From assembly GCF_002087085.1 (NCBI RefSeq), contig NZ_MWQY01000009.1, positions 1-64,000 on the forward strand: a stretch of DNA of 64,000 nucleotides, read 5' to 3'. A program made the translations under genes and the position numbers. Of the stretch, positions 9,189-18,901 are shown in pieces (position 1 is the first letter of the stretch; each line of letters starts with the position of its first letter). The notes under the pieces are model-generated. The model ran no database searches. It was not told where the DNA came from and worked only from the letters and a program-made list of their open reading frames with translations.

Positions 9189-10466
9189 TTATTTCATCAA
9201 TAATTCCGGCAGCCACAGAGTTAACTGGGGAACAAAGCTGATGAGCAAAAGGGTTATCAAATTGGCCGCCAGAAACGGCATTGCACCATAGAAGATTTTT
9301 CCGATACGCAGCCCCGATATGGCAGAAGCAACATTGAGACACATTCCCACAGGCGGTGTAACAAGACCGACTGCCAGTCCGGAGATCAGAAGGACCCCGA
9401 ACTGCACGGGATTCATTCCGAAGCTCTGCACTATGGGCAGCAGTACCGGGGTCAGCAGAAGAATTGCGGGACTCACATCGATGAAGGTCCCTGAAACAAG
9501 GATTACCAGGTTTACAGCTATTATGATCCAGACCCCCGGCATATTCAGCTGGCTGATGAACATGGACAACTGCTGGGGTACATGCTCGATGGCAAGAATC
9601 CAGATATAGAGCTTTGACAGGGCAATTATTATCATGACATTGGCGCTTGTCATGATGGCATCCTTCATGAGTTTCGGGATTTTTTTGATCTTCAGGGTTC
9701 TGAATATTACGGTCCCCACGACAAAGGCATACAGAACACCTATTCCTGCGGATTCGGTGGCGGTGGCGATACCGAAAACCACGGAGCCGATCACAAAAAG
9801 GGGCATTATCAGGGCCAGGATCGCCCTGTTAAAGGTCTCGATCTTCTTTTTCTTATCAAGACTGAACTCCTCCCTGGGGAATTTCCTGAAGGAAGAAATT
9901 CCAACGGTTATAACCAGCATCAGAATGCCGATCATGAGCCCTGGAAACAGGCTTCCCAGGAAGAGCCGTCCAACGGACTCCTCGGCGGCCAGAGCATACA
10001 CGACCATCGGCACACTGGGGGGAATAATCATTCCCATGGTGGAGGAGGCAACGGTTATGCCGCTTGCAAATTCAGGAGAGTATCCCTTGTTCTCCATCTC
10101 CGGAATAAGAACGGCTCCGATGGATGCGGTATCGGATACTGAAGATCCGGAAATACCGCCGAAAATCATACTGGCCAGAACATTAACCAGTCCCAGACCA
10201 CCCCTGAGGCGTCCGACAAAGAGCAGGGAAAAATCGATAAGCCTGCGGGTAATACCTCCCTCGTTCATGAGAAAACCCATCAGACAGAAAAGGGGCAGGG
10301 CTATCATTGTATAGGAGTTCATCCCCGCGAACAGGCGCTGGGGCAGTATGGCAATCAGTTCCGGATGAATGAGAATAAAATAGAGGAAGGAAGAAATTCC
10401 CAGGGAATAGGCTATGGGAACACCGATAACAAGAAGAATCAGCAGGCTGATAAGGAGAACACTCAT
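9189..10466 (-). CDS. TRAP transporter large permease (DctM)
   Basis: FGGISGSSVSD, IIPPSVP and GLVTPPVG motifs; about 12 TM helices. Confidence 0.93.
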   Translation of the reverse strand: MSVLLISLLILLVIGVPIAYSLGISSFLYFILIHPELIAILPQRLFAGMNSYTMIALPLFCLMGFLMNEGGITRRLIDFSLLFVGRLRGGLGLVNVLASMIFGGISGSSVSDTASIGAVLIPEMENKGYSPEFASGITVASSTMGMIIPPSVPMVVYALAAEESVGRLFLGSLFPGLMIGILMLVITVGISSFRKFPREEFSLDKKKKIETFNRAILALIMPLFVIGSVVFGIATATESAGIGVLYAFVVGTVIFRTLKIKKIPKLMKDAIMTSANVMIIIALSKLYIWILAIEHVPQQLSMFISQLNMPGVWIIIAVNLVILVSGTFIDVSPAILLLTPVLLPIVQSFGMNPVQFGVLLISGLAVGLVTPPVGMCLNVASAISGLRIGKIFYGAMPFLAANLITLLLISFVPQLTLWLPELLMK

Positions 10467-10960
10467 GCTTCCTCTCCCTTTGCGGAATCATGAAACCGCC
10501 ATATTTTGTATATATCGTAAGCACAGTACAGTACTGCCAGGGAACAGCCGATGGGGACGCTGATCATCGCCACCCAGGACGGCAGCCTCAGTACCGGAGA
10601 AGCCGCGTCGCCGACCTTGGCAATCCAGGGAAAACTCAGGCGTAACAGGACGACATTGATTAACAGAACAAGAAGCAGAGAAAAGGTATCAACCACGGCC
10701 CGGGAAAACGGCGGCAGCTGATCGACAAAGTAGGTCACTTTGATATGGCTCCGCTTTCCCAGGGAGACCGCAGCGCCCAGCGCAGTAGTATAGATAAAGA
10801 GAAACTCCATGAGCTCATTACCTCCGACTATGGAGGTATTGAAAAGGTATCGCAGGATCACAAGCAGAATTGTCAAAAGCAGAATCAATCCGAAAAAGGC
10901 TGTGACAACAGCCTCCAGGAAAGAACTGATCTGTTTTTCAACGGCGGTTATTCCTTTCAT
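10463..10960 (-). CDS. TRAP transporter small permease (DctQ)
   Basis: 4 TM helices, VILRY and HIKV motifs; lies between DctP and DctM. Confidence 0.9.
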   Translation of the reverse strand: MKGITAVEKQISSFLEAVVTAFFGLILLLTILLVILRYLFNTSIVGGNELMEFLFIYTTALGAAVSLGKRSHIKVTYFVDQLPPFSRAVVDTFSLLLVLLINVVLLRLSFPWIAKVGDAASPVLRLPSWVAMISVPIGCSLAVLYCAYDIYKIWRFHDSAKGEEA

Positions 10961-11000
10961 AGATATTCAAACCTCGAAAACGAAATCGCTTTGATATGCC

Positions 11001-11028
11001 GCATCCCCGGACACAGGTCCGGAGATGC
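11001..11028 (-). other. intercistronic stem-loop after dctP (probable mRNA-stabilising or attenuating hairpin)
   Basis: GCATCCCCGGAC / GTCCGGAGATGC inverted repeat between dctP and dctQ. Confidence 0.5.
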
Positions 11029-11042
11029 AGCGGTTTTGTGAT

Positions 11043-12062
11043 TTACTTATTTGCTATTGCAAGAACTTCGTTGATCTCGTCCCAGGTAAAAAGCCCTTCA
11101 TCCACATAGCCCTGCCATACCGGCTTGACAGCTTTTACGAAGCCTTCCCGGGCAGCGGAATCGATTTCGTTTACTTCCAGTTTTTCCTGCAGAACCAGGT
11201 AATAGTCCTTTTCGGAACTCAGCCACAGTTCGTTGGAATAGTCCATGGTGGCCTCTGCAACGGAATCGAATACTGCTTTCAGATCTTCGGGCAGGGACTT
11301 ATACCAGTCCGGATTCACATAGAAGGGATCGGGATGCACCTGCCAGTTGACAACTGAGAGATAGCGCTGGGGTTCATAGAACTTCATGTCCACGGTGTTG
11401 GAAAAGGGGTTTTCCTGTCCGTCGACCACACCGGTTTTCAGGGCCATATAGGTTTCGGTGTAGGCAACCTGCTGAGGGTTTGCACCAATAGCTTTAAAGG
11501 TTTTGATGGTCATATCTATGGGAGGCGTCCTCATCTTGAGGCCGCGAACATCCTCTACAGTTCTGATGGGGCGTTTGCTGTTGGTAATGTTTCTGAATCC
11601 TCCGGCTACACCGGTTGCGGGTATATAGAGCCCGTTCTCCATGGCGCTTTCGTTGACTTTGGCTCCAAAATCACTGTTCATAACCTTGAGAACCTGATCG
11701 ATATTTTCGAACATAAAGGGCAGGGTATAAATCAGATACATGCCGCTGGCCCTCTCAAAAAGTCCGCCCCGGCATCCCTGAATAGTGCCGATTTTTACCT
11801 GGTCAAGAACTTCAGCTTCAGTTCCGAGGACGCCGCCGGTATACAGCTCAACCTTTATACGTCCATTACTGGCTTTTTCCAGCTTGTCCTTGAAAAAGAA
11901 CATGGACTGACTTCGGGGGTGGGAATCTGATTGTGAATTGGAATATTTAAAGACATAGGTTTTTTCAGCAGCAGCGCTTTCACTCTCCTTTTGACCTTCC
12001 GCCATCAGTACGACGGAAAACACCAGACTCAGCACACAGACGAACAGAACAATTTTTTTCAT
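11043..12062 (-). CDS. TRAP transporter substrate-binding protein (DctP), probably for uronates or unsaturated uronates
   Basis: GLKMRT, ALKTGVVDGQENP; signal peptide ending AEGQKE; operon with kduID. Confidence 0.92.
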   Translation of the reverse strand: MKKIVLFVCVLSLVFSVVLMAEGQKESESAAAEKTYVFKYSNSQSDSHPRSQSMFFFKDKLEKASNGRIKVELYTGGVLGTEAEVLDQVKIGTIQGCRGGLFERASGMYLIYTLPFMFENIDQVLKVMNSDFGAKVNESAMENGLYIPATGVAGGFRNITNSKRPIRTVEDVRGLKMRTPPIDMTIKTFKAIGANPQQVAYTETYMALKTGVVDGQENPFSNTVDMKFYEPQRYLSVVNWQVHPDPFYVNPDWYKSLPEDLKAVFDSVAEATMDYSNELWLSSEKDYYLVLQEKLEVNEIDSAAREGFVKAVKPVWQGYVDEGLFTWDEINEVLAIANK

Positions 12063-12085
12063 CTCTTCTCTCCTTTGGATTTATG

Positions 12086-12154
12086 TTCCATTATGTGATA
12101 CATACATTCCACATCGTGGACTTCTCATTATACTATAATGAGACTTAGTGTCAA
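12086..12154 (-). promoter_or_regulatory. promoter and operators of the TRAP-kdu operon
   Basis: TTGACA (12154-12149)-16-TATAAT (12132-12127); perfect palindrome TCTCATTATA-C-TATAATGAGA (12123-12143); TCCAC-ATC-GTGGA (12108-12120) and related TTCCATTATGTGATA (12086-12100). Confidence 0.7.
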
Positions 12155-12219
12155 GAAAAAAAGAGAAAATAACTGAAGTCAGGATTATAAAGAGGAGGTT
12201 CCGGTAAGATCAGGAATTA

Positions 12220-13725
12220 TCAGGCACCTGTCTGTAAAGCGATCCTGAGCCCGTCAACCGCGGAACTCATAATGCCTCCGGCAGAACCGCTGCCTTCACC
12301 GGCGATATAGAGCCCCGGAATGCCGAGAACTTCTCCTGAATCACTGCGCAGGATTTTCAGAGCGGCGGAACTTGTCGTTTCGAGGCCCAGAATAAGACCG
12401 GTATCAAAACCCCTGATCTGCCGGGCAAAGCGGGATATCCCGTCGGAAAGATCCTGCAGAAGCCATTCGGGGTAGAGCTGCCGATAGTCCAGAGGAACTA
12501 CAGGAAAAGGAAAACTCGATTGCGGCAGAGAGCTGTAGAGCCGGCCCCCGGGGAGTCCCGGCGGAAGGGTCCCGGGAACCTGATATGCCCCAAGATGCTC
12601 AAAGGCCCGGGCTTCCAGAGCTTCAAGACTGTCCAGCACCGCCATGGGAGTATCGGCTTTCGGGAAGATTTCCTCAGGCTTAACAGCTGCCAGGACCGCT
12701 GCGTTGGACCAGGGGCTGCTGCGCTCATACATGGACACCCCGTTTACGATGTTGAGCCCTTCCCTCCAGGCCGCAGGAACCACAAAACCACCGGGGCACA
12801 TACAGAAGGTGTAGATTCCCCGTCCCGACTCCGCTTTCGCCGCCAAACGATACTCGGCAGCCTTGAGGCCCGGGACCGACTCCCTCCCCCACTGGGCACG
12901 GTTGATCAGTTCCCGGGGATGTTCGATCCTGAAGCCCAGGGAAAAGCCCTTGCTCTGAAACCCGGCGCCCCGGGCATAGAGTCTGCGGAAGAGGGGAAAC
13001 GCCGAATGCCCCGGGGCCAGAAGGGTGTAATCCGCGGGGAACTCATCAGTATCGGTTCTTACCCCCGAACAGCGGCCCCTGTGCATGAGCAGGTCGACAA
13101 CACGCTGTCGGAAGCGCACATCCACGCCCCTCTCCAGCAGATCCTGTCGCCCCTGCTGTACCAGGGTAAAGAGATTGTTGCTTCCAATGTGCGGATGAGC
13201 CATCCAGAGGATCTCCTCCGGGGCACCGTACTGCACGTAGCGGAGGCGGATATACTCCCGCTCCATGGATATATGTTTGGTACGGCTTGTCAGTTTTCCG
13301 TCAGAGAAGGTCCCCGCCCCGCCCTCTCCGAAGGCGTAATTCGATCTGTCCAGAAGGGGTCCGCCCTTCTCAAAGGAGAGGATATCTCCGCGGCGCTCCC
13401 GGGCCGGGGGGCCCTGTTCCAGCAGGGTAACGGAGAAACCTGCACGATTCAGAATATCAGCAGCAAAGAACCCGGCGGGGCCGGAGCCCACCACCACGGC
13501 CCTTCCCCGCCCCTGACGGCGCGCCACAGGAAGAAGATGCTCCGGGGAGGGAGATACAGGAAGGACACCGGTTGAAATCCGGTATTTCCAGAAGAGCTTC
13601 GGCTTCCTGCGGGCGTCCAGGCTCTGCCTGAGGATGCGGTAGGGTCCGGTTCCGAACCTTTGTCGTATTGTACGGTCGAGGTCCTCCCTGGAGGAACCTG
13701 CCGGCAGGCTTATCTCTGTTTCCAT
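12220..13725 (-). CDS. uncharacterised FAD/NAD(P)-dependent oxidoreductase (COG2509-like)
   Basis: GSGPAG, FGEGGAGTFSDGKLTSR, YTFCMCPGG, AGEGSGSAGGIMSSAVDG. Confidence 0.88.
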   Translation of the reverse strand: METEISLPAGSSREDLDRTIRQRFGTGPYRILRQSLDARRKPKLFWKYRISTGVLPVSPSPEHLLPVARRQGRGRAVVVGSGPAGFFAADILNRAGFSVTLLEQGPPARERRGDILSFEKGGPLLDRSNYAFGEGGAGTFSDGKLTSRTKHISMEREYIRLRYVQYGAPEEILWMAHPHIGSNNLFTLVQQGRQDLLERGVDVRFRQRVVDLLMHRGRCSGVRTDTDEFPADYTLLAPGHSAFPLFRRLYARGAGFQSKGFSLGFRIEHPRELINRAQWGRESVPGLKAAEYRLAAKAESGRGIYTFCMCPGGFVVPAAWREGLNIVNGVSMYERSSPWSNAAVLAAVKPEEIFPKADTPMAVLDSLEALEARAFEHLGAYQVPGTLPPGLPGGRLYSSLPQSSFPFPVVPLDYRQLYPEWLLQDLSDGISRFARQIRGFDTGLILGLETTSSAALKILRSDSGEVLGIPGLYIAGEGSGSAGGIMSSAVDGLRIALQTGA

Positions 13726-13737
13726 CGGGCACCCCGC

Positions 13738-14499
13738 CTAGAGTAAACCGCGCACCAGTCCGGCGACATTTTCCGATTGCTCCGCGTGGACCCAGTGGCT
13801 GGCACCTTCAAGGGTCTCAATCCGGAAATCGGGAAAACAGCCCTGAAGGAGAGGCAAATCCTCGTCCAGGATATAATCCGATGCACCGCCCCGAATAAAA
13901 AGGACCCTGCCATGGTAGCTTCGGGAGGATTGGGGAAAATCCAGGAGTTTTTCAAGATTATTCTGAATCCCTTCAATGTTGAGCCGCAGGGAAAAGCCGT
14001 CATCTTTTTCGGATACCATATTCTTCAGCAGGAAACGGGCGACCGCCGGATTCCCCAGCCTTTTTATCATCCACTGTTCGGCTTCGGAACGCTGTGTAAA
14101 CTCCCCGAGGGGCAGCTCGGCGAGGGCCCGGACCTCCCGTTCCAGCCGGGGAGGATACCTTTTGGGAGCTATATCCTCAACCACCAGGGCTCGAAGCAGC
14201 TCAGGCCGGGAAAGAGCAAGCTCCATGGCTGTCTTGCCGCCGACGGAATGGCCGAACACCATTGCCGGAGCGATTCCGGTCTCTTCGATAAAAGCAGCCA
14301 GGTCTGCCGCCATCACCTGGTAGCTCATGTCCGGATCATGAAAGGATTCCCCATGGTTCCGCAGATCCGGCGCGTAGACAGTAAAATCGTCGGAAAGTTT
14401 ACGGGAAAGCCCGTGAAAGTTCTCCTTTGAGGCAAAAAGTCCGTGGAGAAGGACCAGCGGAACCTGCCCAGTACCAGACTTTTTATATGCAAGGTTCAC
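13738..14499 (-). CDS. alpha/beta-hydrolase (YbfF-like esterase)
   Basis: HGLF, DLRNHGES, GHSVGG nucleophile elbow, HWVHAE. Confidence 0.88.
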   Translation of the reverse strand: MNLAYKKSGTGQVPLVLLHGLFASKENFHGLSRKLSDDFTVYAPDLRNHGESFHDPDMSYQVMAADLAAFIEETGIAPAMVFGHSVGGKTAMELALSRPELLRALVVEDIAPKRYPPRLEREVRALAELPLGEFTQRSEAEQWMIKRLGNPAVARFLLKNMVSEKDDGFSLRLNIEGIQNNLEKLLDFPQSSRSYHGRVLFIRGGASDYILDEDLPLLQGCFPDFRIETLEGASHWVHAEQSENVAGLVRGLL

Positions 14500-15287
14500 A
14501 AAAAGGCACCCACATTGTCGAGAATAAAGTGGGGACTGTAGGCAAACTCGGCGATTTCATCCCGGGAGGTCACCCCGGACAGAACAAGCAGGGTATCGAT
14601 TTCCGACTCAATCCCCGCAATGATATCAGTATCCATCCGGTCTCCGATGATTATGGACTCTTCCCTGCGGCATCCCAGCTTTTTCAGGGCGTGGCGCATC
14701 ATAAGGGGATTGGGCTTACCCACAAAGTAGGCCTTGGAACCCGTGGCGAGCTCAATGGGAGCAATCAGCGAGCCCGTACCTGGTACAATCCCGACCTCCG
14801 CCGGTCCCGAAACATCCGGATTTGTACCGATCAGACGCGCCCCGTTAAGTACCAGGTTTATGGCTTTCTGCAGGGTATCAAAGGTATAGGAATGGGATTC
14901 ACCCACCACTACATAATCCGGGTTGACGTTGTTCATCGAGAAGCCCGCATCATAAAGAGCATTGATAAGTCCCGCCTCACCGATTACAAAGGCACTGCCA
15001 CCGGGAGACTGGCTTTTTAGAAAAGCGGCGGTAGAGAGGGCGCTGGTATAAAAATGTTCTTCCGAAACATCTATCCCCAGGCGCGCGAGCTTCTGATCGA
15101 GCTCCTTGGGTGAGCGTTCTGATGAGTTGGTAAGAAACAGAAACTGCTTTTTCTCCTGTCTCAGCCAGGCGACGAACTCCCTGGCCCCCGGAAGCAGACG
15201 GTTTCCGTGGTAAAGAACGCCGTCCATGTCGCATATAAAACCCTGCTTGTTCCGGATCGTCTCTATGTCTCTGGTTGTCACGTTCAT
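14496..15287 (-). CDS. HAD-IIA family phosphatase (NagD-like)
   Basis: DMDGVL, LTNSS, GKPNP, GDRMDTDI, VLSGVT. Confidence 0.9.
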   Translation of the reverse strand: MNVTTRDIETIRNKQGFICDMDGVLYHGNRLLPGAREFVAWLRQEKKQFLFLTNSSERSPKELDQKLARLGIDVSEEHFYTSALSTAAFLKSQSPGGSAFVIGEAGLINALYDAGFSMNNVNPDYVVVGESHSYTFDTLQKAINLVLNGARLIGTNPDVSGPAEVGIVPGTGSLIAPIELATGSKAYFVGKPNPLMMRHALKKLGCRREESIIIGDRMDTDIIAGIESEIDTLLVLSGVTSRDEIAEFAYSPHFILDNVGAFL

Positions 15288-16141
15288 TACTTTTCTCCCT
15301 GCAGTTCAAGGATACGGTCCGCTGTTTGATGTATGCTTTCATCCGGAGTGGAAGCTCCTGCGCTTATGCCGACGGTCTTCAGCTCTCCCACCTCTGGCGG
15401 CACGTCACCGGGCCCTTCAACATGCCATGCGGGAATTCCCGTGGACAGGGCAAGTTCGTAGAGTCTGCGTGTATTGGCGCTGTTTTTTCCGCCGATCACC
15501 ACGATGCCGTCCACCTCCTGTGCAAGCTGCCGTACCGCTTCCTGCCGTGACCGGGTAGCGGGACAGATGGAAGTCTCAACCCGGCAGTCCTCCACCCTGG
15601 AACAGATTATTTCGGCGATCTTCCCGTAGATCTCCTCATCGAAGGTGGTTTGTGCAATCAGGGTTACCTTCGTGTTGAGACTCACACTGCGGGCACCCTG
15701 GAGGTCGGCAATAACCTTTGCAGACGCAGGATTGGCAAGAGACCCCGCCACGGCAAGCATTTCACCATGCCCGGCGTCCCCCACCAGAAGGACCTGTCTC
15801 CCCTCTGCCTCTGCCTGACGGGCTTTACGGATTGAAAGAGCAACCTTGGGACAGGTTGCATCCACGATCCAGGCTCCCCGTTCTTCCAGGGAACGTCTGA
15901 CCCCGCCGGGAACCCCATGGGCCCGGATGACGACCCGGTCCCCCCGCTGTGCCTCCGCAGGATCCTTTATGCTGCGGACCCCCCTGGCCTCGTAGGATGC
16001 GACCACCTGGGGATTGTGAATAAGAGGGCCGTAAGTGGCCAGAGGCCCCGATTTATCCTTGTCCAGTTCCTTCTCTATCAGAGCGACCGCCCTGCGGACA
16101 CCCATGCAAAAGCCCATCTCCCGGGCAAAAATTACAGACAT
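15287..16141 (-). CDS. ispH: 4-hydroxy-3-methylbut-2-enyl diphosphate reductase
   Basis: GFCMGVRRA, IHN, RAHG, DATCP, QTT, ICPATRSRQ, SANT, AGASTP. Confidence 0.95.
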   Translation of the reverse strand: MSVIFAREMGFCMGVRRAVALIEKELDKDKSGPLATYGPLIHNPQVVASYEARGVRSIKDPAEAQRGDRVVIRAHGVPGGVRRSLEERGAWIVDATCPKVALSIRKARQAEAEGRQVLLVGDAGHGEMLAVAGSLANPASAKVIADLQGARSVSLNTKVTLIAQTTFDEEIYGKIAEIICSRVEDCRVETSICPATRSRQEAVRQLAQEVDGIVVIGGKNSANTRRLYELALSTGIPAWHVEGPGDVPPEVGELKTVGISAGASTPDESIHQTADRILELQGEK

Positions 16142-16165
16142 ATTTCTTCCTTCCGGCTGTACCGG

Positions 16166-17233
16166 CTATACCGGCTCCTCAGGGTACCTGAAGATCCTGC
16201 CGTCGATACTGCGAATATGATACTCACCGTCATGAAGCCCGGCAATAGCTTCAGCCCCAAGACGCACCTTGCCGCCGCCTCCCGGGAGATCCACAGCGTA
16301 AGCGGGAAGGGCCAGCCCGGAAACCATTGAACTCAGTTCCCGGAAAATACTGAGCCCCCGGGAAAGGGGAACCCGCAGATGCGAGGTTCCGGGAGCCAGA
16401 TCTCCCTGAAAAAGATAGTAGGGTTTTACCCCCGCGGCAACAAGTCCACGGAAAAGCTTTGCCAGAATCTCCGGATCATCATTCACACCCTTGAGAAGCA
16501 CACTCTGGCTCAGCATCGGAATCCCCCGCTTCGCCAGCAGATCGACTGCCGCAAGAAACTCCGGACTGATCTCCGCGGGATGGTTTATATGGATGACCTG
16601 CCATACCCTGGGACCGGAGGAGAGAATCCCGGCGAGAGCGGCGGTAATCCGCGACGGAAGAACCACCGGGATACGGCTGGAAAGCCGAAGAGAACGAACA
16701 CTGCCGGCATTGCCCAGGATCCCGATAATGGAATCAAGCTTCCTGTCCGGCAGCATCAGCGGGTCGCCCCCGGACAGGATCACCTCCCTCACTTCGGGAT
16801 GGCTTTCGAGATAGTCCTTTACAGCCCGGATCTCTTCGTCCCCCAGTACACCCCGGTTCTCCCCGGTAAAACGACGCCGGAAACAGTACCGGCAGTAAAG
16901 GGCGCAGGCATCGGTAAGGAGCACGAGCACCCGGTCCCGGTAACGGTGTATGCAGCGGTGGACGACCTCGTAGGGTTCTTCGTGCAGGGGATCTGGCGTT
17001 TCGTAATCCAGGACCGTCCATTCCTCGCCCCGGGGTATGGCCATACGGCGCAGGGCCCCGGAGAGATCCTTTTTCATGAGTTTGAGGTAATGGGGGGTGA
17101 TACGCAGGGGGAGCCCCGGATTCTCCTTCCCCGACCTGAGCCAGGCCTCTTCTTCGGGGCGGAGGGGGACAGACTCTCTCAGGATCTCAATATTTTCAAT
17201 AGCCTTAACCGGGGTGTTACCAGAATTTCCCAT
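16166..17233 (-). CDS. KamA-family radical SAM enzyme (lysine 2,3-aminomutase / EpmB-like)
   Basis: CALYCRYCFRR, SGGDPL, QSVLLKGVND, PYYLFQ, PLP lysine in PGGGGK; start uncertain (17233 or 17263). Confidence 0.88.
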   Translation of the reverse strand: MGNSGNTPVKAIENIEILRESVPLRPEEEAWLRSGKENPGLPLRITPHYLKLMKKDLSGALRRMAIPRGEEWTVLDYETPDPLHEEPYEVVHRCIHRYRDRVLVLLTDACALYCRYCFRRRFTGENRGVLGDEEIRAVKDYLESHPEVREVILSGGDPLMLPDRKLDSIIGILGNAGSVRSLRLSSRIPVVLPSRITAALAGILSSGPRVWQVIHINHPAEISPEFLAAVDLLAKRGIPMLSQSVLLKGVNDDPEILAKLFRGLVAAGVKPYYLFQGDLAPGTSHLRVPLSRGLSIFRELSSMVSGLALPAYAVDLPGGGGKVRLGAEAIAGLHDGEYHIRSIDGRIFRYPEEPV

Positions 17234-17255
17234 ACCCCCCGGAAGGTACCATGGA

Positions 17256-17284
17256 TTGACCATCCCTTCTACTCCCTGTAGCCT
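17256..17284 (+). promoter_or_regulatory. sigma70 promoter of the patatin gene (leaderless geometry)
   Basis: TTGACC-17-TAGCCT, then 6 nt to the ATG at 17291; no SD. Confidence 0.6.
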
Positions 17285-17290
17285 GTTTCC

Positions 17291-18145
17291 ATGAAATGGG
17301 CACTGGTTCTTTCAGGGGGCGGCGGCACCGGCCTCTCCCATATAGGAGTACTCAAAGGGCTTGAGGCCCTCAGGCTGAAACCGGACCTGATTGCCGGAAC
17401 CTCCATCGGGGCTATCATCGGCGGGGCCTATGCCTGCGGGATGGAGGTTGAAGACTTTGAAGAGCTTCTGAGGGATTTCAACATCTTCCATTATCTGGAA
17501 GGACGCAGTTTTCAGCTGAACATCGGGGCGGTAACCCGTTTCCTCCAGGCCCAGGAGGCGGTCAACCGCATGCTTATGAGCCGGGGAGCCGACGGGGGTT
17601 CAAAAATCCTGAAACTCCTCCACCGCATTACAAACAATGCGACTTTCTCGGATACCCGGATTCCGTTTTACTGTAATGCCGTCGATCTGAGAAGCGGCAG
17701 GGAGATCCTGATGCACCGTGGATCGGTGGCAGAGGCGATACGCGCGTCCATGGCTTTTCCCGGGGTATTTACCCCGGTGGAGCGGGACAAGCTGCTGCTC
17801 TGCGACGGTGCGGTGGCGGATAACCTGCCGGTCTGGATTCCCCGAAGTCTTGGAATAAAACGGGTCATCGCGGTAAACGTGACCCCCAGACGGACAGCGA
17901 CAAAGGAGGATATCGCCAACGGCTTCTCCATATTCCTGCGGGCCTTTACCATTGCCTGTTACGGCCAGACCAGGACCCCCAAAGACACACCCTCCCTGGA
18001 ACTTGTCCCGGGCAATACTGACCGCCCCTTTGATTTTTCATCTCCCGGGGAGTTAATCCGCATAGGTTACGAAACTGTGGTGGAACAGAAAAAGAAGATC
18101 CTTGGTATCACCACGCCCTGGTATCGGAGCCTGACCCGGGGATAA
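17291..18145 (+). CDS. patatin-like phospholipase
   Basis: LSGGGG, GTSIG, ASMAFPG and DGA catalytic motifs. Confidence 0.92.
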   Translation: MKWALVLSGGGGTGLSHIGVLKGLEALRLKPDLIAGTSIGAIIGGAYACGMEVEDFEELLRDFNIFHYLEGRSFQLNIGAVTRFLQAQEAVNRMLMSRGADGGSKILKLLHRITNNATFSDTRIPFYCNAVDLRSGREILMHRGSVAEAIRASMAFPGVFTPVERDKLLLCDGAVADNLPVWIPRSLGIKRVIAVNVTPRRTATKEDIANGFSIFLRAFTIACYGQTRTPKDTPSLELVPGNTDRPFDFSSPGELIRIGYETVVEQKKKILGITTPWYRSLTRG

Positions 18146-18187
18146 AAAAAGCTCCTGCTTCGGAACTGCCTTCCGCTGCAGGAGCTT
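18144..18187. terminator. intrinsic terminator between the convergent patatin and SPOR genes
   Basis: AAGCTCCTGC...GCAGGAGCTT stem with an A-tract on the left (U-tract for the minus strand). Confidence 0.65.
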
Positions 18188-18209
18188 GTACACAGATGAA
18201 ACCGAAAAC

Positions 18210-18881
18210 CTATAAGGTTTTCTCCACATACACCTCGAAAATCTGGCTTCCTTCGAAGCTGGAGATGTTCTTCACGTAGGAGAGGAACTTTTCCGCCTCG
18301 GCTTTATGTCTGTACGGCCCGATGCGGACCCGGAAATACTCTGTTCCGTTAATATTTCTGGTAAAGATTACCGAGTCAAATTCCTTTTCCTTCAGACTCT
18401 CCCTGGCCCGCTCCGCGCTGGACCGCTGGGTGAAGGAACCGGCCTGTATCCAGTATTCCGTTACCCGTACCGTTTTAGGGGGAGCGGGTTTTACAGGAGC
18501 CGGAGCTGGCCGGGGGGCCCGTACGACCTCCTGGGGTTCAGGGGCGGGCTTTGTCTCCGGAACCTGAGCCGAAGCTTCCACGCTTCCTGTTTCACCTTTC
18601 GTCGGTTCTGCCGACGCGGGTTCCGGCTCTGCGTCTTCCGTTACGCCGATAACAAAGCTCGTTTCCTCCTGTGCCGGTTCCTCAGGCTCGAGGGCGAGAG
18701 GCTTATCGCCGTTTTTCAGATGCTCGGTTACATCGAATATGTCTTCATCTACCGCTGCAATACCCTGATCGGCCACAGAACTCTCTGCCGGGGGAACAAA
18801 TAAGATAAACGCCGCGGCGACAACAACCAGGAAACCCGTTGCCAGGGCGAATACTATCCATAAAAGTTTCTGCTGTTCCAT
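18210..18881 (-). CDS. SPOR-domain membrane protein (FtsN/DedD-like architecture)
   Basis: N-terminal TM helix, Pro/Glu-rich linker, YWIQAGSF...YFRVRIGPY. Confidence 0.88.
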   Translation of the reverse strand: MEQQKLLWIVFALATGFLVVVAAAFILFVPPAESSVADQGIAAVDEDIFDVTEHLKNGDKPLALEPEEPAQEETSFVIGVTEDAEPEPASAEPTKGETGSVEASAQVPETKPAPEPQEVVRAPRPAPAPVKPAPPKTVRVTEYWIQAGSFTQRSSAERARESLKEKEFDSVIFTRNINGTEYFRVRIGPYRHKAEAEKFLSYVKNISSFEGSQIFEVYVEKTL

Positions 18882-18901
18882 TATCTGTATCTCCGTATCT
18901 G

